Source: a bacterium (lineage in GTDB: Bacteria > Electryoneota > RPQS01). Taken from it: DNA of 64,000 bases. The stretch is from the NCBI GenBank assembly GCA_016703065.1, contig JADJCU010000003.1, positions 457,045-521,044 on the forward strand, in the 5' to 3' direction. Below, in pieces: positions 30,483-39,102 of the stretch. The number at the start of each line of letters is the position of its first letter. Within the stretch, counting starts at the first letter, position 1. The notes under the pieces are model-generated. The model was not told the DNA's origin, searched no databases, and was given only the letters and a program-made list of their open reading frames with translations. Both the position numbers and the translations under genes were made by a program.

Positions 30483-32891
30483 TTGATCATGGATCACTCA
30501 AGTCATCAAGAACGCCTAAGAACAATAGTGTCTTCTCAAAGCCAGACGCTGGTCACGGATCCAGTCTGCGGGATGAAGGTTGACCCAGCCCGTGCGCGTT
30601 TTTCGCACCATCACGAACACAACACCTACTACTTTTGCAGTCAGGGATGCTTGAACAAATTCCAGGCAAATCCCTTGACGTATCTCAGCAAAAGCGAGGC
30701 AGCAGCCGGTTCCAAAGATCCTCATGCCACCGTTAAGCCATTGCCTATCGCAAAGAAAGGCATTTCGGATGAGAATATTTATACATGCCCGATGCACCCA
30801 GAAGTAAGACAGGCGGGACCTGGTTCCTGCCCAATCTGCGGTATGGCCTTGGAACCGCTTGTTGCGACTTTATCGGAGCTCGAAAGTAATTCTGAGCTTG
30901 AAGATATGACACGCAGGTTTTGGATTAGCAGCGTGCTCTCGCTGATGGTGATGGGACTCGCAATGTGGGGTATGGGAATTCATTCTGTGCTCCTTGGTTC
31001 GTTGCCGATCTCTTCGCTTTTGTGGCTCCAAGCACTGCTTGCTACGCCTGTCGTTATTTGGGGCGGCTGGCCTTTCTTTGTGCGTGGTTGGAATTCGATT
31101 GTCAGCTTCAATCTAAATATGTTCACGCTGATATCAATAGGTGTGGGGACGGCATACCTATACAGTATTATTGCAGTCGTTCTGCCAAGTGTCTTCCCAG
31201 TTGCAATGCACGATGAGATGGGTATGATCCCTGTTTACTTTGAAGCTGCGGCGATTATAGTTTCTCTCGTTTTGTTAGGTCAAGTGCTTGAGCTCCGTGC
31301 CCGCAGCAAGACTTCCAGCGCAATTAAGGCACTCTTAGGTTTAGCACCCAAAACGGCACGAGTTGTTCAAGAGAACGGCGAAGAGATTGACATCCTTTTG
31401 GAGAATGTGAATGCCGGCGACCTGCTCAGGGTACGCCCCGGCGAAAAAGTTCCTGTTGACGGCACAATTGAATCAGGTTCAAGCAGTGTGGACGAGTCCA
31501 TGATTACCGGTGAACCCATACCCGCGGCAAAGGCCGGTGGCGACCGTGTGATCGGGGGAACCGTGAATGGTACAGGCAGCTTTGTAATGCGTGCAGAGCA
31601 TGTCGGTTCCGAGACGGTACTTGCGCAGATTGTTCAAATGGTAAGTGAAGCACAGCGGAGCAGGGCACCAATACAGAGACTTGCTGATATTGTGTCAGCG
31701 TGGTTCGTGCCTGCCGTTGTAGTTACGGCTGTCCTCACATTTGTTGTTTGGTTGGTTTGGGGACCGGATCCGGCACTTGCTTATGCAATGGTGAATGCTG
31801 TCGCGGTATTGATTATCGCTTGTCCGTGTGCTCTGGGACTGGCAACGCCAATGTCCATCATGGTCGGAACGGGACAGGGCGCTCGCTCTGGTGTGCTTAT
31901 CAGAAGTGCGGAAGTCCTTGAAACAATGATCAAGATTGATACTTTGGTCGTCGACAAAACTGGCACCCTTACTGAAGGCAAATCTCAAGTTGTGAGCATT
32001 GAGCCAACAGGAGAGTTGAGCGACAAAGATCTCTTGAAACTTGCAGCAAGCTTAGAACAAGGCAGCGAGCATCCTCTCGCAGACGCAATTGTGAAGGCTG
32101 CCAAAGAGCGCAAACTCGAACTAAGTGCAGTCGTGGATTTTCAATCGAAGACGGGGCAAGGCGTGATCGGTACAATTAATGGACAAGTGGTCGCCCTTGG
32201 TAACAAAAACCTTTTGATAAGTCTGGGCATTACGAACGATGAGCTACTTGGGCGCGCTGAAGCTTTAAGAACTGAAGGTCAGACTGTCATGTATGTGGTA
32301 GTCAACAATGGTCTCGCAGGCTTGATCGGAGTCGCTGATCCAGTAAAAGCGTCAACACCGAACGCGATTGCACAATTGCGTGAAGCTGGAATCGATCTGA
32401 TCATGTTGACAGGGGATAATCTTACCACGGCGAAAGCAGTCGCCGCGAAGCTTGGCATTGATAACGTCGAAGCAGATGTACTTCCTGAAGGAAAGATTGA
32501 GGTCATCAAGCGCTTGCAGAAGGAGGGCCGGAAAGTCGCGATGGCCGGAGACGGAGTCAATGATGCCCCGGCATTGGCCCAGGCCGACGTTGGAATTGCA
32601 ATGGGAACAGGGACCGATGTGGCGATGGAAAGCGCTGGCATAACTTTGGTAAAGGGTGATCTACGTGGGATTGTTAAGGCACGGAATCTAAGTGGCGCCA
32701 CGATGCGAAACATCAAGCAAAATCTGTTTTTCGCTTTCATCTACAACGTTCTCGGTGTTCCGATTGCCGCAGGTATTCTGTATCCGTTTTTCGGCTTGCT
32801 TCTAAGCCCGGTCATTGCGAGCGCTGCTATGACTTTCAGCTCCGTCTCAGTTATCTTAAACGCGCTTCGATTGAACCGAGTTAAATTGTAA
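30483..32891 (+). CDS. copA: Heavy-metal (Cu+/Ag+-type) translocating P1B-type ATPase
   Basis: N-terminal YHS-like [10 protein letters not shown]...[12 protein letters not shown] and YTCPMHPEV...CPICGM. TM CPC motif [18 protein letters not shown] and [10 protein letters not shown]. Confidence 0.9.
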   Translation: MIMDHSSHQERLRTIVSSQSQTLVTDPVCGMKVDPARARFSHHHEHNTYYFCSQGCLNKFQANPLTYLSKSEAAAGSKDPHATVKPLPIAKKGISDENIYTCPMHPEVRQAGPGSCPICGMALEPLVATLSELESNSELEDMTRRFWISSVLSLMVMGLAMWGMGIHSVLLGSLPISSLLWLQALLATPVVIWGGWPFFVRGWNSIVSFNLNMFTLISIGVGTAYLYSIIAVVLPSVFPVAMHDEMGMIPVYFEAAAIIVSLVLLGQVLELRARSKTSSAIKALLGLAPKTARVVQENGEEIDILLENVNAGDLLRVRPGEKVPVDGTIESGSSSVDESMITGEPIPAAKAGGDRVIGGTVNGTGSFVMRAEHVGSETVLAQIVQMVSEAQRSRAPIQRLADIVSAWFVPAVVVTAVLTFVVWLVWGPDPALAYAMVNAVAVLIIACPCALGLATPMSIMVGTGQGARSGVLIRSAEVLETMIKIDTLVVDKTGTLTEGKSQVVSIEPTGELSDKDLLKLAASLEQGSEHPLADAIVKAAKERKLELSAVVDFQSKTGQGVIGTINGQVVALGNKNLLISLGITNDELLGRAEALRTEGQTVMYVVVNNGLAGLIGVADPVKASTPNAIAQLREAGIDLIMLTGDNLTTAKAVAAKLGIDNVEADVLPEGKIEVIKRLQKEGRKVAMAGDGVNDAPALAQADVGIAMGTGTDVAMESAGITLVKGDLRGIVKARNLSGATMRNIKQNLFFAFIYNVLGVPIAAGILYPFFGLLLSPVIASAAMTFSSVSVILNALRLNRVKL

Positions 32892-33022
32892 ATGAATTCG
32901 AGTCATTTGTTCGAATCCTGACGGCAACACCTATACAAATCACCCTGGTTTGGAGCTGACGAGAATCGCCTTGAGATGCCAAGAAAATGGTGTTGATAAG
33001 CTAGTTGATTTGATACGAGCGC

Positions 33023-33054
33023 AAAGAGCCTAACAATCGTGGGGCTCTTTTTTC
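33023..33054 (+). terminator. Terminator after copA
   Basis: Stem AAAGAGCC/GGCTCTTT followed by a T run. Confidence 0.65.
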
Positions 33055-33073
33055 TGGCATAAGAACTTGTCCA
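33051..33073 (+). repeat. 23-bp box TTTCTGGCATAAGAACTTGTCCA, copy A
   Basis: Identical to 33581-33603. Followed about 50 nt later by a short ORF (33102-33179) and a terminator (33217-33249). Confidence 0.9.
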
Positions 33074-33580
33074 TGGGCAATTTTCACCAGAAAGGAAATG
33101 TATGACAAATATACTATGCGAGTTGATTCGAAGCATCAGCGAAGCTGCCAAGGCTGCTTGTAGCGTGATTCGAAAATAAATAGCTCCAATGTGTCAAGCA
33201 GGAGCTTATAAGAGTGAAAGAGGTCCAAGTTGTGGGCCTCTTTTCTTTTACTTACCATAGGCAAGTTTGGACTAACAATGGTGCTTTGCAGCGCCCAATT
33301 TGCGGTGACCCAGCATTCTTGATAACTCACAAGGCTGATACGAATTCTACTCGTCAACCAGCGTGCAGAAAGCCAAGAAGTGCCCTACAAGCACGCGGGG
33401 GACGTTCAAAGCACAGCGGACGAGAATTCCTTCGTGTTGAGGCTGTTGCAACCCTTAGAGGGCTTCTAGACGTGATTTTCTAGCCAGAGAATTTATGCAA
33501 TGGTGACTAAGCGGGATGCCATGTAACTAACTTTCGAGTTAGTCAACAGCGATGGCGCAAGGTAAAGGGATTGAATTGGA

Positions 33581-33603
33581 TTTCTGGCATAAGAACTTGT
33601 CCA
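33581..33603 (+). repeat. 23-bp box TTTCTGGCATAAGAACTTGTCCA, copy B
   Basis: Identical to 33051-33073. Followed by a short ORF (33629-33715) and a terminator (33721-33748: AGGCCAGC/GCTGGCCT then a T run). Confidence 0.9.
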
Positions 33604-34222
33604 AGGACATTCACAAAGGGATTAACTGATGAAGAATAGACCAATCAGGTTTCTGGAGCGGCTACTAGACGGAGCAACATGGGCGCTGAAAGCGCTCACG
33701 CGGCATCGCCGTTAACATTTAGGCCAGCCGTCAGCTGGCCTTTCTTTTCGCTCTAAAAAGACAAAAGAGCACATCACGTGCTTCGACAATGATGGGGGAA
33801 TGTCATTTGGGCAACCCCCAATGTCCCTCTCGCATATGCTTATCAGCATATAACAAAACTCGCGATAATCAAGCAATTAGCAGTCCACCAAGACAAGATA
33901 AGATAACGCAAATGGGGTAGGTGATTAACCTACCCCGTCGAGTTTTAGGGAGTTAGCATATCAAGACAAGACAGACAAGAATAACTAATGGTAAAAATAA
34001 AATAGTATATAGTATACGATAATAATAACTTGTATATATAAGGGAATGCAGGCCAGTGCGTCTGTCTGTCTTCTTTGTCTTTGGTACATCGCGGCGTGAA
34101 AATTTCCCAAAAAATTTCTTGAAGTCGGTTTCGGTACCGGGTTCTATGGGAACCTATGGCTCCCGTTGTGGGAGATCCTGACGGGCTTAGATTGAATCCC
34201 CGGCTTCTGCAACAGCATGCTT

Positions 34223-34456
34223 TTATCCTTGGTTCCACCACGTCTTCGACATGCTTGATTCCATCGGTGAACCAAGTGGTTCCCGAATGTTGCCAAGATT
34301 GTTGAAGTGGTCGATCCACATTCCCGCGAAGTTTGGTGCTTGTGGCTCCCGTTCAGCATCAGGGTAGTAGTCTACATCCGGTTTGATTGGTTCACGTTTT
34401 CGAATGCCGAGTTGGCGAAGGCGTCGTCCTTCATGCATTAAGTCTGATAATTTCAT
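34223..34456 (-). CDS. Hypothetical small protein (77 aa from the internal ATG)
   Basis: ORF MKLSDLMHEGRRLRQLGIRK..., downstream of and co-directional with the primase-helicase gene. No recognisable motif. Confidence 0.35.
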   Translation of the reverse strand: MKLSDLMHEGRRLRQLGIRKREPIKPDVDYYPDAEREPQAPNFAGMWIDHFNNLGNIREPLGSPMESSMSKTWWNQG

Positions 34457-34483
34457 AGAGGGTTTTCTTTCTTTGATTTGATC

Positions 34484-34674
34484 TGCAGGTTTGCAGGTGC
34501 GGGCAGGCGCAAATAAATGCACCCCCTTCATAGGAGGGGGGGGTAACCCTCCCCGTTCCTATATACATTACATTTTTCTTTTTCTTCTTCCTGCATACCT
34601 GCAAACTACACTTAACATATAATATTTTTTATATACTTACGGTTGCAGGTTGCCCTGCAGGTGGGGTGCAGGAA
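34484..34674. repeat. Iteron cluster (TGCAGGT) flanking an AT-rich segment, candidate origin for module 1
   Basis: TGCAGGT at 34484, 34492, 34645 and 34657. TGCAGGA at 34668. Inverted copies at 34591-34596 and 34598-34604. The AT-rich core is about 34561-34640. Confidence 0.55.
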
Positions 34675-34677
34675 GCA

Positions 34678-37635
34678 CTATTCGTCACCTGCATCCGAAT
34701 CATCCGGTTTTCCGCCATCAAAATCGAAGGTGTAGATTGTTGTTTTGGTGCGGTCTTTTTCGGTCTTAAGCGAGAAGTTCGCAGTCAAAACAACACCATC
34801 CGCGGCTTCGCCTACAGCCAGCGTCCTTGCGGTATCAGCGATACGCATCGCCAACTGTCGCGCATCTTTGTATTCATACTTCAGATTCTTACGTTTGGCG
34901 ACTGTAGAAAACGTGTGGTGTAGTTGTGATGCAGTACCTGTCACTATTCTTCCAACAACATTCACTTCGTAGCCCCAATTCCGAATCGCATCGTCTCTAA
35001 ACAGCGGGCTTATCTTATAGTCTTCAAGAATTGCTTCTAAACAATCAACAATTTGATTAGATTCAATAGCCACTTCCTTGCCCTGCTGGTTTTGCACTTT
35101 CACCCAATCTGACAAGATGGCTTCAACTTCAAGAGTCGGATCTATCAAAGGCAGAAGTTCTTCCAGAATTAACGCCATCAATGAAATAAAGCTATTTGAA
35201 CGGTCTTTGGCGTGTCCAGGATGGTTCTTTTCCAAGTAGTCTTGCCACCATTCTAAACGGCCACTGGCGATCTTTGCCAGCACACGACTGACTAACAGCA
35301 TATGTGCGGAAACCATCTGTGGTCTGGCAGCAGCTATGCGTGTATAGACACGTTCAGACCAATGGGGCGATGGGTGCTTCCACCTGTCGAATCTGATTGC
35401 TAACGTACGGTTGATGTGTTCGGTCTTCCCCAGGTTTTCGATGCCGTTGGTCGCTACCAAACAATGAACCTTTTCCAATACGGTGTCACGGTCTGTGCCA
35501 ATGACCCGCTTTTCCTTCGTGATACCAGTGGCAGCGGTCAATACGAAGTCACCAAGGCCTTGATTGAAGTTGGCTACTTCGACGTTGTCCAGTAATACTA
35601 GCGGATTTCGAGCACCATCAGTGTAGTTAGCCGCTTCCGTTGCTTTCTTAAGGTGATTGTCACCGTAAATGAACTGTGATATTAATTCCATACCACGGGT
35701 CTTACCCGAAGATGAAACGCCATCAAAGCGCAAGTGCGGCAGTGTCTTGACATAACCCATCCATGGGTAAGTCATGGCCCAACATCCGACAAGAAGTTGG
35801 TTGTTTCTTGTCGTCGCTAGACTTTGAAGGACCAGGGAATCGAATTCAAGTAGTGCATCGCGGTACCCAGTGCCGTTCAATTGCACAAGCGCAACGGGAG
35901 ACATCTTTGGCGCAGGTGCCAACAGAATCGAATCCGCGTTCGACCCGTTTTCAACCAGTGCTGCACCCGACGGGTCAATCCGCAGAATGCGTTCGACATC
36001 AGAATTCAGATGAACATGAATCGTGTTTCTATTACCGTCCGTGTGAATCCAACTAAAGGAATTCAGATATGTGCCCTGTGTGTCCGTTTCGGCTTTCAGT
36101 GCTGCCCAGATCTTGCGACTTTCGATTCCTTCGTGCGTTAATCCAGTGATTCGCCAGACAAATGTATGAAAAGGTTGATTGTTGCCCAATTCATACACGG
36201 TTCCTTCCCAAATCCAATATCCCCGGTGTTCGCGGTCACGATACACTAAGCCACCATTGCTGATAAACCAGCGATAAATAATTTGGCCACGATCTTCCGG
36301 CGAAGCACCAAGTCCTACCGCGCCTTTCAGTACGTCTTTTAAGTCACGGCCTTCCAGATCTGCATCACTGATCGCATCACAGGCCATGCGTTCCAGCAGT
36401 TCTTTCCCAAGCTGAAGTACTTGGGATAACTTCGTTATCCATTCCGCTGCCCGTTGGTATGCAAGCAAGTGAAAGTCTTCAATGAAGTGAACGCGCAACG
36501 CGTCCATTCTTTCCTTGCCTTTCACTGACTTCAGTTTACCTAGGACCCCATCCAGGTCCACGTGGTAAGCCCATCCTGCTGGTGATGCTGGCCAGTCAGG
36601 TATTTCTCCATCCCAGCCTAAATCACGTATGGTAGCGTAGCGTTGTGGTCCACCGTTCTGAAGCGCGTTTGCTATCTTTGAATCGACAACGCCTTCGTCG
36701 TACTTGTTCTTGCGCCAATCACGTTTCAGGATGTCATGTATGGCTTCCCGACCACCTTGGAACCTCGCGAGGTTCGTTATCAAAGCGTATTTAAGCGGTT
36801 CGCGAATACGAACATCAGGATCATTAATGTGGTCAGACATCCACTTCACAAAGGGACAGTGAGCCAAGACTTTCAATAAGCCTGATTTTGGGCGCAGTTT
36901 GCCATCCCACTTGTAAGGTTTCGCTGCCGAACCCTTTACGTCATCAGCATCATCATCCGGCATATCACTGATGTCAATGCTATAGTAGTTTCCCGTAACA
37001 TGAACGTCCAGTAAGAATGGTGTGTTCAATTCACGTGTACTGGGAAAGAACTTACGCCCTGGGTTCGTGCACGACTTGTCGGCCTGCGGATAGAGTTCCA
37101 TCATCTTGCTGTAGACCTTGCGCGCCTCACTGCCCGAAGTGTAGTACAAACCACTGGGTTCGAAGGGTAGTATCACTCGAAAGCGATCCTCGGCGGGCAT
37201 TCCATCTTCGGAATGCCCGTGTGTTCTGCTGGTGTGCAGGATATAGTTGAAATCTTGAAAAGCATCCTGTGCTTCACCTATGGTGAACCCATGATCGAAA
37301 TCCAAGGTGACGCCTGTCATGCCGGCATAGGCATCGTTGTTACATCCAGTAGTCCATGTGTTTGTAGAATACAAGCGGGTCTGAAACAAACTTGCCAGTT
37401 CGTCAGAATCAGGGCTCGCGACAAAGGTATGTTGCGTAAAGTCAAGGACCTTTTTTGCTTCTTCTTTCGTCTCTACGGTTCTTGTCGAAACGGATAACGT
37501 AACTTCAAATCTATCGTCATTAGTAGAATCATTAATATAGTCTGCATGCACGCCGTTAATTTGCGTGGTATGTATTGGCAATTCTATTGCCTGTAAATCT
37601 ATTCGCATTCGCGTCGACCTTTCTACGTATATCAA
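34678..37635 (-). CDS. Primase-polymerase (AEP-like) fused to a P-loop (SF3/D5-like) helicase; replication protein, module 1
   Basis: 985 aa. N-terminal GVTLDFDHG ... ILHTSRTHG ... FRVILPF (AEP-like motifs). Walker A DGVSSSGKT and Walker B LVLLDNVE. Paralogous to 39103-41973. Confidence 0.7.
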   Translation of the reverse strand: MIYVERSTRMRIDLQAIELPIHTTQINGVHADYINDSTNDDRFEVTLSVSTRTVETKEEAKKVLDFTQHTFVASPDSDELASLFQTRLYSTNTWTTGCNNDAYAGMTGVTLDFDHGFTIGEAQDAFQDFNYILHTSRTHGHSEDGMPAEDRFRVILPFEPSGLYYTSGSEARKVYSKMMELYPQADKSCTNPGRKFFPSTRELNTPFLLDVHVTGNYYSIDISDMPDDDADDVKGSAAKPYKWDGKLRPKSGLLKVLAHCPFVKWMSDHINDPDVRIREPLKYALITNLARFQGGREAIHDILKRDWRKNKYDEGVVDSKIANALQNGGPQRYATIRDLGWDGEIPDWPASPAGWAYHVDLDGVLGKLKSVKGKERMDALRVHFIEDFHLLAYQRAAEWITKLSQVLQLGKELLERMACDAISDADLEGRDLKDVLKGAVGLGASPEDRGQIIYRWFISNGGLVYRDREHRGYWIWEGTVYELGNNQPFHTFVWRITGLTHEGIESRKIWAALKAETDTQGTYLNSFSWIHTDGNRNTIHVHLNSDVERILRIDPSGAALVENGSNADSILLAPAPKMSPVALVQLNGTGYRDALLEFDSLVLQSLATTRNNQLLVGCWAMTYPWMGYVKTLPHLRFDGVSSSGKTRGMELISQFIYGDNHLKKATEAANYTDGARNPLVLLDNVEVANFNQGLGDFVLTAATGITKEKRVIGTDRDTVLEKVHCLVATNGIENLGKTEHINRTLAIRFDRWKHPSPHWSERVYTRIAAARPQMVSAHMLLVSRVLAKIASGRLEWWQDYLEKNHPGHAKDRSNSFISLMALILEELLPLIDPTLEVEAILSDWVKVQNQQGKEVAIESNQIVDCLEAILEDYKISPLFRDDAIRNWGYEVNVVGRIVTGTASQLHHTFSTVAKRKNLKYEYKDARQLAMRIADTARTLAVGEAADGVVLTANFSLKTEKDRTKTTIYTFDFDGGKPDDSDAGDE

Positions 37636-37846
37636 ACACCAACGTTTTCATCGTTGTCTGCGCATTAATAAAATCTTGCACCTGCACAGTAATGCTGTTC
37701 TTGAAGAATCCGTCTTCAATTGCCTTTGTTTCAGGGCTGTCCTGAAAGCGGAAAAATATTCTGCCCAATTCATCAACTTGGTAATCCAAGAATCGATGGC
37801 CCTTGGCAGTTAGGGTTGTTACCAGTCCAAAATCTTTAGTCTGCAT
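37556..37846 (-). CDS. DUF5659-like small protein
   Basis: MQTKDFGLVTTLTAKGHRFLDYQVDELGRIFFRFQDSPETKAIEDGFF... matches the pattern I recall for DUF5659 (common beside phage/plasmid primases). Confidence 0.5.
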   Translation of the reverse strand: MQTKDFGLVTTLTAKGHRFLDYQVDELGRIFFRFQDSPETKAIEDGFFKNSITVQVQDFINAQTTMKTLVFDIRRKVDANANRFTGNRIANTYHAN

Positions 37847-38120
37847 TCTTTATTCCTTTCTTAATTATACCGGCACTAACTAGTGCCAGCCTTGCATGTC
37901 CATCGGCTCTCGATGCCGAAGTGCTATCAGCGACAAAAGCATTCATGACACTCATAACTATATGGTCACGATGTTTCACCTTGGCTTCTATAAAGCCATT
38001 CATTACCAACATGTGACTGAATCTCTTGTGGTCGCGTGCGTCAATCAATAGTCTTCGCCATGAAATCCAAATAAAGTGCTTGTTGTTTCCAAAGAAGCAC
38101 TGCACGCCCTTCTTCGACAT
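37836..38120 (-). CDS. Hypothetical protein; 5' end abuts the G/C-only tract
   Basis: 94-aa ORF with no recognisable motif. Its start codon lies directly next to 38128-38533, so the 5' end is unreliable. Confidence 0.3.
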   Translation of the reverse strand: MSKKGVQCFFGNNKHFIWISWRRLLIDARDHKRFSHMLVMNGFIEAKVKHRDHIVMSVMNAFVADSTSASRADGHARLALVSAGIIKKGIKNAD

Positions 38121-38127
38121 ATCTTCT

Positions 38128-38533
<406 letters not shown>

Positions 38534-38610
38534 TTTATCCAGAGGGCGAGGTCACTCGCCACCTGAAATTCATACCTCTTTCTTTCGGTCATACACATTT
38601 CCTTTCGCAA
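38534..38610 (-). CDS. N-terminal fragment of a ribbon-helix-helix (Arc/CopG-like) protein, running into the G/C tract
   Basis: MTERKRYEFQVASDLALWIKAG resembles an RHH beta-strand plus helix 1. The remainder is replaced by the low-complexity tract. Confidence 0.3.
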
Positions 38611-38894
38611 AAAAAAACCGGATCATCAGATCCGGCGAGGAGTATGGGCATAGCAATTCTATGTCCAAAATGTTTGTGTCTCGCTTCGCCGATCTTAGTT
38701 CAATTGAGTACCTTTAGTATTCACTAGGTAAAATTCAATAGGCCGTGTTGGCCCATGCTTATAGTATACGCAAAATTCAGGATTTGTCAAGTCGCGGAGT
38801 TATCGAACACAATTTAGCATTCGCCGGACCGTTGTTCAGAAACGTCATATGGCTACGGTCATATCGTCGAAACAATCGCCACCATAGATCAAGG

Positions 38895-39097
38895 CACCTC
38901 CGCATATCAAACATATTATAAATAATATGTTATGTAAAAACTGCGGAGGTAGGTGAGCTAACATTAAGAGGGGTGGGATATGTCATCTTGCCTTTCGGAA
39001 TTCGAATTGTGGAGCTTTCAAGAACCTTCTTGACCGGACCTACCTCCGGAAAATCACTGCAAAATAATTTAAATAAGTAGTTTGCGTTGCGGAGGTG
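38895..39097. repeat. Iteron cluster (TGCGGAGGT) with an AT-rich perfect palindrome, candidate origin for module 2
   Basis: TGCGGAGGT(G) at 38942-38950 and 39088-39097. Inverted copies at 38895-38904 and 39039-39048. Palindrome AACATATTATAAATAATATGTT at 38910-38931. Confidence 0.55.
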
Positions 39098-39102
39098 CCC
39101 AC

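Noticed and set aside
33051-33603. Sigma-54 promoters in the duplicated box CTGGCATAAGAACTTGTCC
   Set aside because: The GG to G(C/T) distance is one nucleotide too long (GG-N11) and the -12 element is TTGT rather than TTGC. Sigma-54 spacing is strict. Kept only as a generic promoter or operator candidate.
33945-34359. 124-aa and 71-aa minus-strand ORFs over the AT-rich/inverted-repeat region
   Set aside because: They span the near-pure A/T core and overlap the better-supported 77-aa ORF frame. The composition-driven sequence (YIYKLLLSYTIYYFIF...) is not protein-like.
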